Source of the DNA: Epithemia pelagica
Taxonomy: Eukaryota; Protista; Bacillariophyta
NCBI GenBank assembly: GCA_946965045.2
Contig: OX337234.1
Location: 3,658,001-3,722,000, forward strand
Direction: 5' to 3'
DNA: 64,000 nucleotides
Positions 1-10,508 of this stretch are shown one piece after another (the first letter of the stretch is position 1; each line of letters opens with the position of its first letter). The notes under the pieces were generated by a model. It was not told the DNA's origin. It saw only the letters and a program-made list of their open reading frames with translations, and ran no database searches. The position numbers and the translations under genes are program-made.

Positions 1-303
1 ATAGCGACAGAGTCGTTGGGCGGCGGCCCACAAATCGTACTGACAATACCGGACAAAATGGACTGGATCCGATTCGAGGAGAATCAACCATGGCGCTTGC
101 CGATGGACCGTCCGATAGGCCAAGGAGGTGTCGGCATCCAAGGACGATTGAATGACATGATGGACATAACTGCGAATTACCTCGGGCAATTCGGAACAAA
201 CATCGCGTTGTGGGAGTTGTGTCGACGTCGTCGCCGACGTCTTGGGGTGTTGTTCGTTTGGATCTTCTTGATTGTTGATGGTTTTGTCTCCGCCGTCCAA
301 CAT
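1..303 (-). CDS. 5' part of a CRAL-TRIO-like family protein, paralog of 2831..4921 and 50605..52299; runs off the window start
   Basis: Not in the ORF track. Manual translation from the ATG at 303 gives MLDGGDK...DVCSELPEVIRSYVHHVIQS...LESDPVHFVRYCQYDLWAAAQRLCRY, matching TESDPLHFVRYCKYDLWAGATRLCLYW in the 2831 gene. Confidence 0.8.
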   Translation of the reverse strand, partial: MLDGGDKTINNQEDPNEQHPKTSATTSTQLPQRDVCSELPEVIRSYVHHVIQSSLDADTSLAYRTVHRQAPWLILLESDPVHFVRYCQYDLWAAAQRLCRY

Positions 304-651
304 TCTATGTATCTTTTATCTTTTCGTCGTTCGCGTGGGAACTCTTAGCTAAACTGCCAAACGCGAGCTATCCTCTATGCCACACTTCCAAACCCCATAC
401 ACCTTCGACTACCTAGCTCCTCCCTCCTCTAGCAATCAATAGATTTGTCGTGACCATTTCCAGTCTCTCCATAAGTGTATGAATCCTTTCAGAGATGACA
501 AAGTGCTGGTGCTAGAATCCAATGGGCGCCTCTGTGAGCGTGGCGATGAACCCATCCAAGACAAGCGATCGCAAGAGTCACAATGTTCCAGAATATGTCC
601 TGAGAAGACACCCATCCTCGACGGCACTCTAGGATTACACTCTCTCTACTA

Positions 652-1827
652 CTACGAGTCCTTTTTTCGTCCCGGAAGAAAGAGTGTCGAGGCTTGCGCC
701 AAGACACGGTCGCGGTGTTTCAGAGGAATGCTTTCTTCCATATTCAGACGCACCAGGTAGGCATCGTGCAACAACATGTTTTCGTATTGTCCCGACAGGG
801 GGACCAAGACTCGTCGGAAAATGACATTGGCCCCTTGAAACATGGGGAGGAATAGGTACAAGGTTGCCATGGCGCAGAGAGAATAGAATCCGACAATATG
901 ACCGACAAAGTTTTCCGCATAGTCCATCAAGATAAACAACAAACTGTAGGTGGCCCAATAAATCAACCAAAATTGAGCCGCCTCACTGTCCTTCTTTTTC
1001 TGAGCCTCTGTGGTAGTGGATGACGTGCCGTCACTTCCGGTACTAATGGCAACCGTGGAACAAATCATGGGATAGACCGTGCCCAATGCCACGACGAGGA
1101 AACGTCGTTGGTCTTCGGGCAACCGGACAAAGCAGAACCACACAATCCACAGATAGGAAGTGTTAACCATGGTTAAAATGACACTCACATAACCTTCCAG
1201 TTGTACCTTGAGTTTCTTGGCCAGCGGTGTCAAAAAGGGCTTGGTAATTTGTTCGTACAGCAATCCGGAACCATCCGTGACGGGCAAGACCAACCACAGG
1301 GTGACAAAAAACTCAACTTCGTACCAATGTTCCCCCGCTTCGGGCAAATAGGCTGTGATTTCATCCATAAATTCCGTGGCAAACGAAAAGGTACTGGAGG
1401 CCACCCAAAATTGCAACCAGGCCAAATCGTCGTCGGCATCAATCGATAACGCCACGACGATACTCGAGTAAATGGGCATCAAGGTTCCAACGAGCAAGAC
1501 ACCACCGGGGGAGTACAATTCGTCTTGAACCCATTCGGGGACAAGGGCAATCATGGCCATGACAAAGACTAGATAGACTCCTTGGAAAATGAGATTTTTG
1601 CCCTTGGAACGAGGAATCTTGTGCAAGAACGGCGTCATGACAACCGCCACCAGGACGGTTATGCCGTAGAGCATGATCTTGTCTCCATCAAGTTCTCGCA
1701 TACTGTCAACTACAAGAGCAACAACGATAACAACCTTTGTGGAGGGCTTGGCAGATAGCTTTGATAGGAAAACAAGGGTCTCTTGTAAATCCGTTTCTGG
1801 TTTCGAAAGAGAAGCATATGAGATCAT
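652..1827 (-). CDS. TB2/DP1/HVA22 (REEP/Yop1-like) membrane protein with two HVA22-type repeats
   Basis: Two copies of the family pattern: LMPIYSSIVVAL...DDDLAWLQFWVASSTF...WYEVEFFVTLWLVLP and LGTVYPMICSTVAI...QFWLIYWATYSLL...LYLFLPMFQGANVIFRRVLVP. Multiple hydrophobic segments. Start codon uncertain. Confidence 0.8.
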   Translation of the reverse strand: MISYASLSKPETDLQETLVFLSKLSAKPSTKVVIVVALVVDSMRELDGDKIMLYGITVLVAVVMTPFLHKIPRSKGKNLIFQGVYLVFVMAMIALVPEWVQDELYSPGGVLLVGTLMPIYSSIVVALSIDADDDLAWLQFWVASSTFSFATEFMDEITAYLPEAGEHWYEVEFFVTLWLVLPVTDGSGLLYEQITKPFLTPLAKKLKVQLEGYVSVILTMVNTSYLWIVWFCFVRLPEDQRRFLVVALGTVYPMICSTVAISTGSDGTSSTTTEAQKKKDSEAAQFWLIYWATYSLLFILMDYAENFVGHIVGFYSLCAMATLYLFLPMFQGANVIFRRVLVPLSGQYENMLLHDAYLVRLNMEESIPLKHRDRVLAQASTLFLPGRKKDS

Positions 1828-2830
1828 TTTATTTCATGCTGTAGAGTCAGTATCTTGACGAATGGCGATTTCTCAAAATCATTCATTCAGCAGTTCCGGA
1901 TAATGAGAACGACCATGATGGCGGCGAACACGAGTGGAGACGGGTGGCATCCCTCCAAATTGCCACATGATTCTCAACGCAAAAAATAACGGCAGCCACT
2001 TACTTGACTGCCCGGTACCACAACGAGAAGGAATGCTCCGAAAGATGGTGTCGTCTTGTGCTTAAGATATCAATACGGCTCTTGTGTTGTTGAGGTTGGT
2101 TGTCGAACGAGAAACAAGATCGGAAAAAGATCCCATGGCAGAATGGTCGCGAAAGATTCAATCGCTTGTAAAATGCTGATAAGTCGCTCTTAATGGATGA
2201 GGCCTGCTAAGTATTGTAGATTTGAAGGAGTCTCAAAAGTCAGTGGCCAACCACCATCTTCTCTTCTCTCTTCACTGGTAAATAATGGTAAGGCCTCAAA
2301 AACTACAAACTACAGAAGATGGTTCAACAGTCAATAGATACGTTTTTGATATGGAGATGATCCTGGCGCAGGTTGTCTGTAGGCTATAGGCTATAGGCTA
2401 TAGCCGTCCTGTTGACCGCACGTGCTGTCAACAGTGGGACAGTGGAAAGTGGAAACTCTATTTACACTCTTTAACTGAGAAGAGTTGGAGATCGGAGAAT
2501 CTCTAGTGATATGCCCAATTTGAACAACTCTTTTTTCTGTCGTCATTACTCTGGCTCATTCCTTTCTCCTTTTCAATCTCAATCAAAATTGGGCAACTCG
2601 ACGAGTACCTAGAGGACTACACACAGTGGAACTGAGCCTTTGAAACCAAAGAGACAGAACGATAGGACACTGGTGGCTTTTCTCCGACCAGCGATGTCGA
2701 TGTGACCATTTTGGAAGAAGGGAAAGCATCATCCTACCTCCTCAACTACGAAACCGAGGGGCAATATCTCAGAAAGAAAAACGATATCATCCTATTTCAT
2801 TTATTGACCACGAAAAGAAGACTCTTGGTC

Positions 2831-4921
2831 ATGTGGCGTCGGAGCTTATCGGAATCGAATGAGGTGGTAGGATCCATCAGCGAGAAAAGTGCCGTCCAGC
2901 AGGACGAACAAGAAGTGGAGGAGTCGTCCTTGCACATCCCTCTGAATGACATTTGTGCTCAGCTACCGGATGTAGTTCGCTTCCATGTTCACGATGCTAT
3001 CCAATCGGTTGGCTGTTTGCCTCCACAAGACACTGCAGCCTACCGTCAGGCCATGGAATCCAACCCCGAGGTGGTGAGAACCGAATCGGATCCCCTTCAC
3101 TTTGTCCGATATTGCAAGTACGATTTGTGGGCAGGTGCCACACGGCTGTGTTTGTATTGGAAGGAGCGAGTCAGGTTGTTTGGGCTTGAGCGAGCCTTCT
3201 TACCTCTAACCTTGTCAGGTCTAGGAGCCTTGGACGAACAAGATTGTTTGGCAGTCCACTGTGGTTCCACTTGCATCTTGCCACCGTCCGCTCGGACGGG
3301 AAAATCATGCTTGATCACCGATCGTCGCAAATGGCTACCTCAGCTCACAACGGCAAACAAACTTCGATGCCTCTTTTACATTTTTCATCGGATTATCCTT
3401 GACAATCCTCGCACTGCGTTGGAGGAGGGGGCTGCCCTGACCTTTATGCTGCTGGTTACCCAGCGAGACCAAAATGTTGATTGGAACTTCATGAGGCAGT
3501 CCTTTACATGTATCCGATCTGTCTTTCCAATTAAACTCCAGTTGCACTTACTCAGTATTCCCAATTACAAACGCAGGTCCATGGCAGCGGAAGTGATCGA
3601 ATCCAGCGTCCACATGTTGCGAGACTTGTTTCTTTGTGGTACTTCTTCTACAAGTAGCACTACCACTACTAATCATACTGACTCCTCATTTTACGTCCCC
3701 TCGATTCGCGTCCATGTCCAGTCCGAGCCAGGTCGTATCTTGCACGATCTCATGGGCTTGGGGTTGTCTCGACATGGCATCCCTCTCATTCTGGGAGGAG
3801 AGTGGCAGTACGAATCTTTTTATACCTGGTGTCAGGAGAGGGCAAGAATCGACCAGGAACAAGACGAGAGCCACCAGCAGCATGTTACCAATACAAGACT
3901 GCCCAGCCCTCATCATGAGGAACCGGGGGGACAGGAACAAGAGACGAAGAAAGAATCATCGGTTCATCAATGGTCTGGCCACGAATCCGGTCAATCCTCG
4001 CAGCCTTTGTCGGTCCATTCCTCGGGCTTCTCGTCGTCCTCCTCGTTTGTGGGTGCACCCGAAACTGCAAGAGCAGGCGGAAGCAGCATCCAACGTTCAC
4101 TCTCTGCGGGGTACTATCCTCCATCTTACCCGGCAGCTCGTCCTTCGGGCACGGATACGACGACGCTTCTGGCACAACAAGTTTTGGCGGATTCCTCTAC
4201 TACTGCTTCAACAAGAATGGCACCGCCACCACAAGATCCAATCACATCCTCGTCCTCCTTCCTGTTTTCGGCAGCACCCTCCTCGTTGTGGGCCTCCTCC
4301 TCCTCTGCGGGCTTGTCAATGGCCAGGAATGCTGTGGACCGTGCAACTGCGGCCTGGCAAGAGGGAAAAGTGGAAACCAGTGGTGGTGGTACGACGACGA
4401 CTACAGGACTGCTGGAGGACCATAATTGGATGAGCTACTATGCGAACGAGCAACAGAACCAAGAAATAGAGGAAGAAGAGGATTCCAAGCCTCCTTCCAT
4501 CTCTTCTAGATCACCGAGGACGATGGCGACTGTTGCGGGAGCTGCAACAAGAGCAGGACCACAATTGGGTGCCTCATCGTCGCCTTCTTCGCTTCCAGTC
4601 AACCGAACCGCGGCATCTCCTTCTCCGACCGCAGCTTCCGCCGGAACGACTGCGGGCATCATGTCTGCCATTCGAACAACCTCCACTCAGGAAGAACGCA
4701 TGGCCAAACGACGGTTGGCCGATTTGTTTTATTCCCGACGCAAACGACTCAAACGAAAGCAGGAAGAACACAGTCTCGTGCAGGAGCATCGGACCTTGCA
4801 AATGGAACATGAAAGTCTTTTGCGAGAGCGGACTCGACTGCAAGAGCTGCTCCGTCGAGCACAAGCCATTGTGGGGGAGGAAGGGATCCAACCAGAACTG
4901 TACCAAGGAATAGAGGAATAG
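2831..4921 (+). CDS. CRAL-TRIO-like N-terminal domain plus low-complexity linker plus C-terminal bZIP-like region
   Basis: ORF track 2702..4921; likely ATG at 2831 (MWRRSLS). Motif ESDPLHFVRYCKYDLWAGATRLCLYWKERVRLFGLERAFLPLT. C-terminal KRRLADLFYSRRKRLKRKQ is followed by Leu heptads. Confidence 0.7.
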   Translation: MWRRSLSESNEVVGSISEKSAVQQDEQEVEESSLHIPLNDICAQLPDVVRFHVHDAIQSVGCLPPQDTAAYRQAMESNPEVVRTESDPLHFVRYCKYDLWAGATRLCLYWKERVRLFGLERAFLPLTLSGLGALDEQDCLAVHCGSTCILPPSARTGKSCLITDRRKWLPQLTTANKLRCLFYIFHRIILDNPRTALEEGAALTFMLLVTQRDQNVDWNFMRQSFTCIRSVFPIKLQLHLLSIPNYKRRSMAAEVIESSVHMLRDLFLCGTSSTSSTTTTNHTDSSFYVPSIRVHVQSEPGRILHDLMGLGLSRHGIPLILGGEWQYESFYTWCQERARIDQEQDESHQQHVTNTRLPSPHHEEPGGQEQETKKESSVHQWSGHESGQSSQPLSVHSSGFSSSSSFVGAPETARAGGSSIQRSLSAGYYPPSYPAARPSGTDTTTLLAQQVLADSSTTASTRMAPPPQDPITSSSSFLFSAAPSSLWASSSSAGLSMARNAVDRATAAWQEGKVETSGGGTTTTTGLLEDHNWMSYYANEQQNQEIEEEEDSKPPSISSRSPRTMATVAGAATRAGPQLGASSSPSSLPVNRTAASPSPTAASAGTTAGIMSAIRTTSTQEERMAKRRLADLFYSRRKRLKRKQEEHSLVQEHRTLQMEHESLLRERTRLQELLRRAQAIVGEEGIQPELYQGIEE

Positions 4922-5631
4922 ACTAGGTAGGTAGGTAGGTAGACGGGCTACAAAGATTAGAGAAATCCTGGCAGGGCTTGGCATACCGCAGCCCACGCTT
5001 TTCTGCCAGTGGGCAGCATCCTTTGTAGGTGTACTTTCTCCTGTCCTTCTCATATGGAGTAGACCCATCATGTCCTTGCGATTGCGAGGACCAGATGAGA
5101 CCGTCCGCCCTTCACTCGCGGTTCCGGTCGTTCCCATTCGGAAGCTATTATCTTGCGAACGCCAAGGGCTTGCTGTCGCTTCGCGCGAGAACTTGATGCC
5201 AACAAACACGTTTCCTCTCCGTCCGTGACTGAAAGCATTCGGAAGGGCAGATGAGGTGCGCGCTCGCTGTCAATGCGCGCGTGTCATCGCCAGCATGGAA
5301 AGCTCGCATTCTATTTAATGAATCAGTGTCGCATGCGCCTCTGTTGCCATGGCTTGCGTGCGAAAGATTTGGCGATTCCGCGCGCACGTCGACCGTCGAA
5401 CCCTGTCGAAACCAAGATGAATGAGGGAGCAGAGAGTGTCGTCATTCCCTCAAACAAGAGTACAATAGAATCTTGACTCTCTTTCTCGACGTATATTGGA
5501 TCGTTCCGTTGTCTCTTGTTTCAGACAAACGAGGTCTTTGTGATCCAACGCCACTACAGACTACATCAAACTTTTCATAAAACCAAAAGACCGCGAAAGA
5601 AGCATTGTATATCTTCCAACTTTGACAAAGT

Positions 5632-7791
5632 ATGACAACGTACAACTTTTGGACGACAATTGTTCTGCCAGTACTTTCGTCCTGGCTCCTGGTGTCGCCC
5701 GTTTGCTCAAACAGTGTCTACGCAGTGGAGACAAACAGAAACGATACCAACAGTAGCAGCAGTCGTTTGCGAGGACAACGACGACAAGGTGCGAATCTTC
5801 GCACTGTGCCCTCTCTCCCCGATCCGAATGACCCCTTGATTATTTCCTTGACCCCTCTTCCTCCTCCCGTTACAAGAGGTGGCGACCTCCCCACGTCACC
5901 GACGGACAATTTTGCCAATGGTGTGCAATATCAAGCGTTGGATTTGAACGACGAGGACGTTGGAATCTTTTTCTTAGGAAATGAACAATTTGGCCGCTTT
6001 TCCTTACCCTTCGACTTGCAATGGCTTGGTGGTCGACGAACGTATCCATTAGGGACTCAGGTTCTGGTCTCCTCCAATGGACAAGTTAATCTCAATGCCA
6101 ATGACCGTAATTTGAATTCGGGAGATCCTGTGCCAGTTACGGCACAAGAGTATTTGCAACCACGCATTGCCTTGGCACAAGAAAACTTGAATCCGGCTGC
6201 TTTTGGAGAAGTCTTGCTCAAACGCAATGTGGAATCCGTCGTCGTTTCCTTTCAAAACGTACCATTCTTTCCCAGTTGGGGATTGCTCAATGTCCAAACT
6301 GAAATCTTTCCCAATGGACAAGTGAGCATTTGTTTTGGTGAGACGGGGAGAAATCTCTTTGGCATTGCCACGGGCATTGAAGATGCCACCTTGTCCACGG
6401 CCGATTTTGTGGCGGCCTTTCCCGCCACCGATGCCACCTTTGGATATACGGACGAAGGGATTACGCGATTGTATCCCGCCGGATATTGTTATTGCTACGA
6501 TCCCCAGCGGACCAATCCCTACGATACCACCTGTTATACACCCACGGCTCTGCCATCCCAACTCCCCTCGACGCTACCCTCGCAATTTCCCAGCAGTCTC
6601 CCATCGGACGAACCGTCCCTGTCTCCCTCCCAAGCACCTTCGACGGTACCATCGAACCGGCCGACTCGCGTTCCGTCGCAGTCTCCTTCCCTGACACCAT
6701 CGGCGACACCGAGCATGGTTCCCTCCACGGTACCATCCGACGCTCCCAGTGTCAAACCCTCAGTCAATCCGACAACTGACCCTACCAGTGCACCGTCGAG
6801 CAATCCTTCGAATATGCCTTCCAGTGATCCTTCCAATCTACCCACAAGTATTCCTTCGACTGTGCCTTCGGACGAACCTTCCAATCTCCCCTCTAGTATT
6901 CCGTCTCATCTACCTTCGAGCAGTCCTTCCAATCTACCGTCCAGTATTCCTTCGGATCTGCCTTCTGATGAACCTTCCAATCTACCCTCCAGTATTCCGT
7001 CCAGTCTCCCCTCCAGCGAGCCCTCGAATCTACCCTCGAGTATCCCCTCGAGCTTGCCGTCCAGTGAGCCGTCCAATCTACCGTCGAACATCCCCTCCAG
7101 TCTACCTTCCAGCGAACCGTCGAATCTACCGTCAAGTCTTCCCTCGAGTCTGCCCTCCTCCTTGCCATCGAGTCTCCCATCATCGCTACCATCTAGTTTA
7201 CCATCGAGTCTGCCCTCCTCCTTGCCATCGAGTCTCCCATCATCGCTACCATCCAGTCTACCCTCATTCCTACCATCTACTTTGCCGTCGAGTCTTCCCT
7301 CAACTCTACCCTCCTCCTTTCCATCTAGTCTTCCGTCATCCTTGCCTTCCAGTTTGCCCAGCAGTGTTCCATCGATTTCCTGCAACGAAGAAGAATCGAT
7401 TGTGCCCACCTCACAAATTACACTCAACAGCCCATTGCCCTCGCAACTCTTGAGGGATAGTTTGCTGGTCGACTATGTCTTTACCATTGGGTGGACCGTG
7501 GAAGAAATTCAATCCATTGATTTGGAAGTGGAACAAGAAATTTTTACCCAAATTGGAAGCTTTGTTCCCCTACTGGTGGAATCGGTCGACAAACGTGCCA
7601 CACGAATGCCTTTGACCGGCATGTACGTGTTTCAAATTCGCATGCCCGATTATCAAACCTATCGATGGAGAATTTCCGTCGTTTTGAATCCCGATACCAA
7701 CATTCCCGACAATGACTCGAGTAACGTGTCGCCCAATTGTCCGCCACGAGATATTTCGCCCTGGAGCGAATACGTTGTGTTTCCCTTGTGA
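5632..7791 (+). CDS. Secreted/cell-surface protein: signal peptide, beta-rich (NIDO-like?) domain, long Pro/Ser repeat stalk
   Basis: 719-aa ORF with a hydrophobic N-terminus (FWTTIVLPVLSSWLLVSPVCS), a globular region (FSLPFDLQWLGG...VLVSSNGQVNL...VVVSFQNVPFF...VQTEIFPNGQVSICFG), then PSSEPSNLPSSI and PSSL repeats. Confidence 0.8.
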   Translation: MTTYNFWTTIVLPVLSSWLLVSPVCSNSVYAVETNRNDTNSSSSRLRGQRRQGANLRTVPSLPDPNDPLIISLTPLPPPVTRGGDLPTSPTDNFANGVQYQALDLNDEDVGIFFLGNEQFGRFSLPFDLQWLGGRRTYPLGTQVLVSSNGQVNLNANDRNLNSGDPVPVTAQEYLQPRIALAQENLNPAAFGEVLLKRNVESVVVSFQNVPFFPSWGLLNVQTEIFPNGQVSICFGETGRNLFGIATGIEDATLSTADFVAAFPATDATFGYTDEGITRLYPAGYCYCYDPQRTNPYDTTCYTPTALPSQLPSTLPSQFPSSLPSDEPSLSPSQAPSTVPSNRPTRVPSQSPSLTPSATPSMVPSTVPSDAPSVKPSVNPTTDPTSAPSSNPSNMPSSDPSNLPTSIPSTVPSDEPSNLPSSIPSHLPSSSPSNLPSSIPSDLPSDEPSNLPSSIPSSLPSSEPSNLPSSIPSSLPSSEPSNLPSNIPSSLPSSEPSNLPSSLPSSLPSSLPSSLPSSLPSSLPSSLPSSLPSSLPSSLPSSLPSFLPSTLPSSLPSTLPSSFPSSLPSSLPSSLPSSVPSISCNEEESIVPTSQITLNSPLPSQLLRDSLLVDYVFTIGWTVEEIQSIDLEVEQEIFTQIGSFVPLLVESVDKRATRMPLTGMYVFQIRMPDYQTYRWRISVVLNPDTNIPDNDSSNVSPNCPPRDISPWSEYVVFPL
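6550..7370 (+). repeat. Coding tandem repeat: 36-bp (PSSEPSNLPSSI) units grading into 12-bp (PSSL) units
   Basis: Visible directly in the sequence and translation; boundaries approximate. Confidence 0.9.
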
Positions 7792-7846
7792 GCGCTCTCA
7801 CACTTGGATCCATCCACAAAAGGCAACAGGCGAGTTCAGGCAACGA

Positions 7847-7894
7847 CCCAACCAATTTTTTATGTATTCTCCCAACCAATTTTTTATGTATTCT
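7847..7894. repeat. Perfect 24-bp tandem duplication (cccaaccaattttttatgtattct)x2
   Basis: Seen directly, in the region 3' of the 5632..7791 gene. Confidence 0.9.
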
Positions 7895-8156
7895 ACAATG
7901 TATTTTATCATGCGCGACAACTCGCGGCTGGCAATGGACGTGACTCGCTGTGTTCCCCTTTGGAACTTTAGATGCCTTGGAACACAGAGCGGTCAACTGG
8001 AAGGTGTATGTGAACCCAAACGGTTCCAGGCAACGCTACAACAACTTCCTTTGTGTTTTCACTTTATACTATGTAGTTAACTTTCATACGACACTGTCAA
8101 ATAACTAAGTTCCATACTGTATCAGAATCGTGTTTACAGCCATACCACATCTCGAA

Positions 8157-10508
8157 TCAAATACATGAAGCTTGTGTTTCAAGAAGCTTGTAGAATTGCC
8201 AAATCAAGTGTCCAAAGTGATTCGGATCTTTCACCGAGCCTGCCGTTTTCAGATGAGCAGTGGCTTCTTCATATTCGTTCAAGTCCGTGGGAACAAGTTT
8301 ATCACCGGCAAGATGATGGCGCCAAGGGTCCACGCGCACCTTTTTTGTCGTATAATGACAGTATTGGCAGTAAAATCCTCCATCGGCAGTGTTGTGGGAA
8401 CCCTCCAGTGAGCTGAAACGTGATCGAGCTCCGCCACAGTTCTTGCAGTCACTTCCAGATGTCTCGGCGCAGAATCGTATATAGCAGGTCGAGCATGTCT
8501 TATCTCCATTCGAACATGAAGTTAGTGGTTTGTTGCACTCCTCACAAATACCTGGAGGGGGATGAGACTGAACACAAGCTTGGGTTAAATTCTTTTCCAA
8601 TAGAATGCGGGCAACGCCAAAGTGCTCATCAAATTTGCGATCGTGCGTCTGTCCAATCACAGCTCCATATATCATGATCCAATCAAATGGCGTCAATGAC
8701 AAGTGTTTCCAGGAATCAGGCGACAATATCTGATCAATTTGACGAAGCACCAGCCCTTGACCAATTTTTAGAATCCGAGTTGCACGCCTGCTATCAAGCA
8801 TGTCCATGTGTTTCAAGAGATTACAAACCGACAAGAGTTCAGTCATGGGGGCGGCCAAACGGCTCACATTCTGGGGACTTTCCTTGAAACTTGTCATGGC
8901 TATGTGTTCACTCTTCTTGAAGAGGTCGAGGAATCTAGAAAAGACGGACGGCCCACAATCTTCCAAACCCAGTTTTGTCGACATATCGTAAACGGCATTC
9001 AGACCCTGCACATAATCTTCGGCATGCTTGAGACGTGATGTGAGGACTTTGATTTGGCGTTCAATGAGCCATTTCTGTGTCTCGGCGCCACCCACACAAA
9101 AGGAAAGAGCCTTGATGAAATCATTGAATCGACTTTCTTCTAGACCGTCTTCGAATTGATCCGTATCTTGAATCACCTCAAAAGCCTTTTCGATCTTCTG
9201 TTGTTCGCTAAACTTTTTCCATCGTCGCCCATAGGTCTCTTTTCCAAGTTTGTCAATCAAAGTCCGGTCCATCTTCTGCTTGAAGAGTTCCAAGGTTAGA
9301 CTCGATGCTGTGCGGTAAATGAAGGCGTACACGGCCGAGATAGGAATCACAATTGGAGAGTATGCACTCATGTTCACCTGAGGTCGTCTCGCCCCGGCAA
9401 GAATCTTGCGCAGCGATTGTTCTCGGTCAACAACGACATTGAACATGCTCGCAACCGCATCTGTCGCCTCCTTGACTAAACCCTTTTGTTCCTCTTCGTC
9501 TGGGTCATCAATCTTGTTCAAAAGCACAATCAATGGAATCTCCTTTACTTCATGGCATTGAGTCTTCGCCAGCTTCAATAGTTCCACCTGTTCTTCTGTA
9601 TTGACTCCTTGTCTTCCATCGAGCACTACAATGACACAATCAAAAGTGTGCCAGTGCGATGAGACATAGTTGCGATACTTTTCGCTCACGCCAGCTTCGT
9701 TTATTCCTGGAACATCAATAAGCACAAGCTTTGTGTCATTTCTCATTTCACAAAGGGGTTCATCTACTTCAATGTCAAACATCTTTTGCTGTAGCACGTC
9801 GCTGTTGCGGAGCACTTGGTTGTCGGCCGTGGTCTCCTTGAGAATCGTATCAGCCGTGACCATGACGGCCGAGGCGCTGGACGTACTATCGTCCTCCTCA
9901 TCCTCCTCTTGTTTCGATTCCGTTGTAGTAGTCGGCTTTTTGGCGTGGATGCGAAAATGATTCACTCCGGCTGTAGCACGTTGCATCGAAACCTCACTGT
10001 ACGTATCCTTCAAGAGGGCGTTCAAAATCATGGTTTTGCCCACCGAGACATAGCCAATCAGCGCCACGCGAATTTCGAAACCCTCCATCACATCTGTTTG
10101 GATCATTGTCCTACCACTGCTGCTTTCACTCTTCGGGTCTTTTGCCACAGACCTCGAAGCGCGACTAATACTACCACCACCGCCGCCAGTCGCCGTGGAT
10201 TCCGAAATGGACGACGTTGTAGTAAGCATGGCACTCTTGTCCACCGTCCCCGGGTATCGTTGTCTCTCTGCGAGTTTTCGAGCCTTCTTGGTTTTGGTCA
10301 TGGTTTCAGGATTGTCCATCAGCGTCCATGGGCGGCCGTGATGGTTCCCTCTTGATGATATACGTACTATATCCACACAAGGTTGCGAAATTTCAGAACA
10401 GGTTTTGATTGGAGAATGCCCTCCACTGTCCGAATCACAGTGCCTTGTAAGTGATTCAAATTTGTTTGTCGATGCAAGTTCGGAAGTTCGTTTCTCGATT
10501 CTGATCAT
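8157..10508 (-). CDS. Dynamin-like GTPase with C-terminal double zinc-ribbon module, copy 1 (intact)
   Basis: G1 GYVSVGKT, G2 MQRATAG, G3 DVPG, G4 NKID; helical stalk; four CxxC (CEEC, CSTC, CKNC, CQYC); terminal DPNHFGHLIWQF. The true start may be downstream (MDNPET, ~10319). Confidence 0.85.
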   Translation of the reverse strand: MIRIEKRTSELASTNKFESLTRHCDSDSGGHSPIKTCSEISQPCVDIVRISSRGNHHGRPWTLMDNPETMTKTKKARKLAERQRYPGTVDKSAMLTTTSSISESTATGGGGGSISRASRSVAKDPKSESSSGRTMIQTDVMEGFEIRVALIGYVSVGKTMILNALLKDTYSEVSMQRATAGVNHFRIHAKKPTTTTESKQEEDEEDDSTSSASAVMVTADTILKETTADNQVLRNSDVLQQKMFDIEVDEPLCEMRNDTKLVLIDVPGINEAGVSEKYRNYVSSHWHTFDCVIVVLDGRQGVNTEEQVELLKLAKTQCHEVKEIPLIVLLNKIDDPDEEEQKGLVKEATDAVASMFNVVVDREQSLRKILAGARRPQVNMSAYSPIVIPISAVYAFIYRTASSLTLELFKQKMDRTLIDKLGKETYGRRWKKFSEQQKIEKAFEVIQDTDQFEDGLEESRFNDFIKALSFCVGGAETQKWLIERQIKVLTSRLKHAEDYVQGLNAVYDMSTKLGLEDCGPSVFSRFLDLFKKSEHIAMTSFKESPQNVSRLAAPMTELLSVCNLLKHMDMLDSRRATRILKIGQGLVLRQIDQILSPDSWKHLSLTPFDWIMIYGAVIGQTHDRKFDEHFGVARILLEKNLTQACVQSHPPPGICEECNKPLTSCSNGDKTCSTCYIRFCAETSGSDCKNCGGARSRFSSLEGSHNTADGGFYCQYCHYTTKKVRVDPWRHHLAGDKLVPTDLNEYEEATAHLKTAGSVKDPNHFGHLIWQFYKLLETQASCI

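Noticed and set aside
16-348. 110-aa plus-strand ORF
   Set aside because: Antisense shadow of the minus-strand CRAL-TRIO-like paralog at 1..303.
6461-7453. Repetitive ORFs such as DGRLDGKEEG, and their equivalents at 53700-56060
   Set aside because: Antisense or alternative-frame readings of the Pro/Ser repeat genes.
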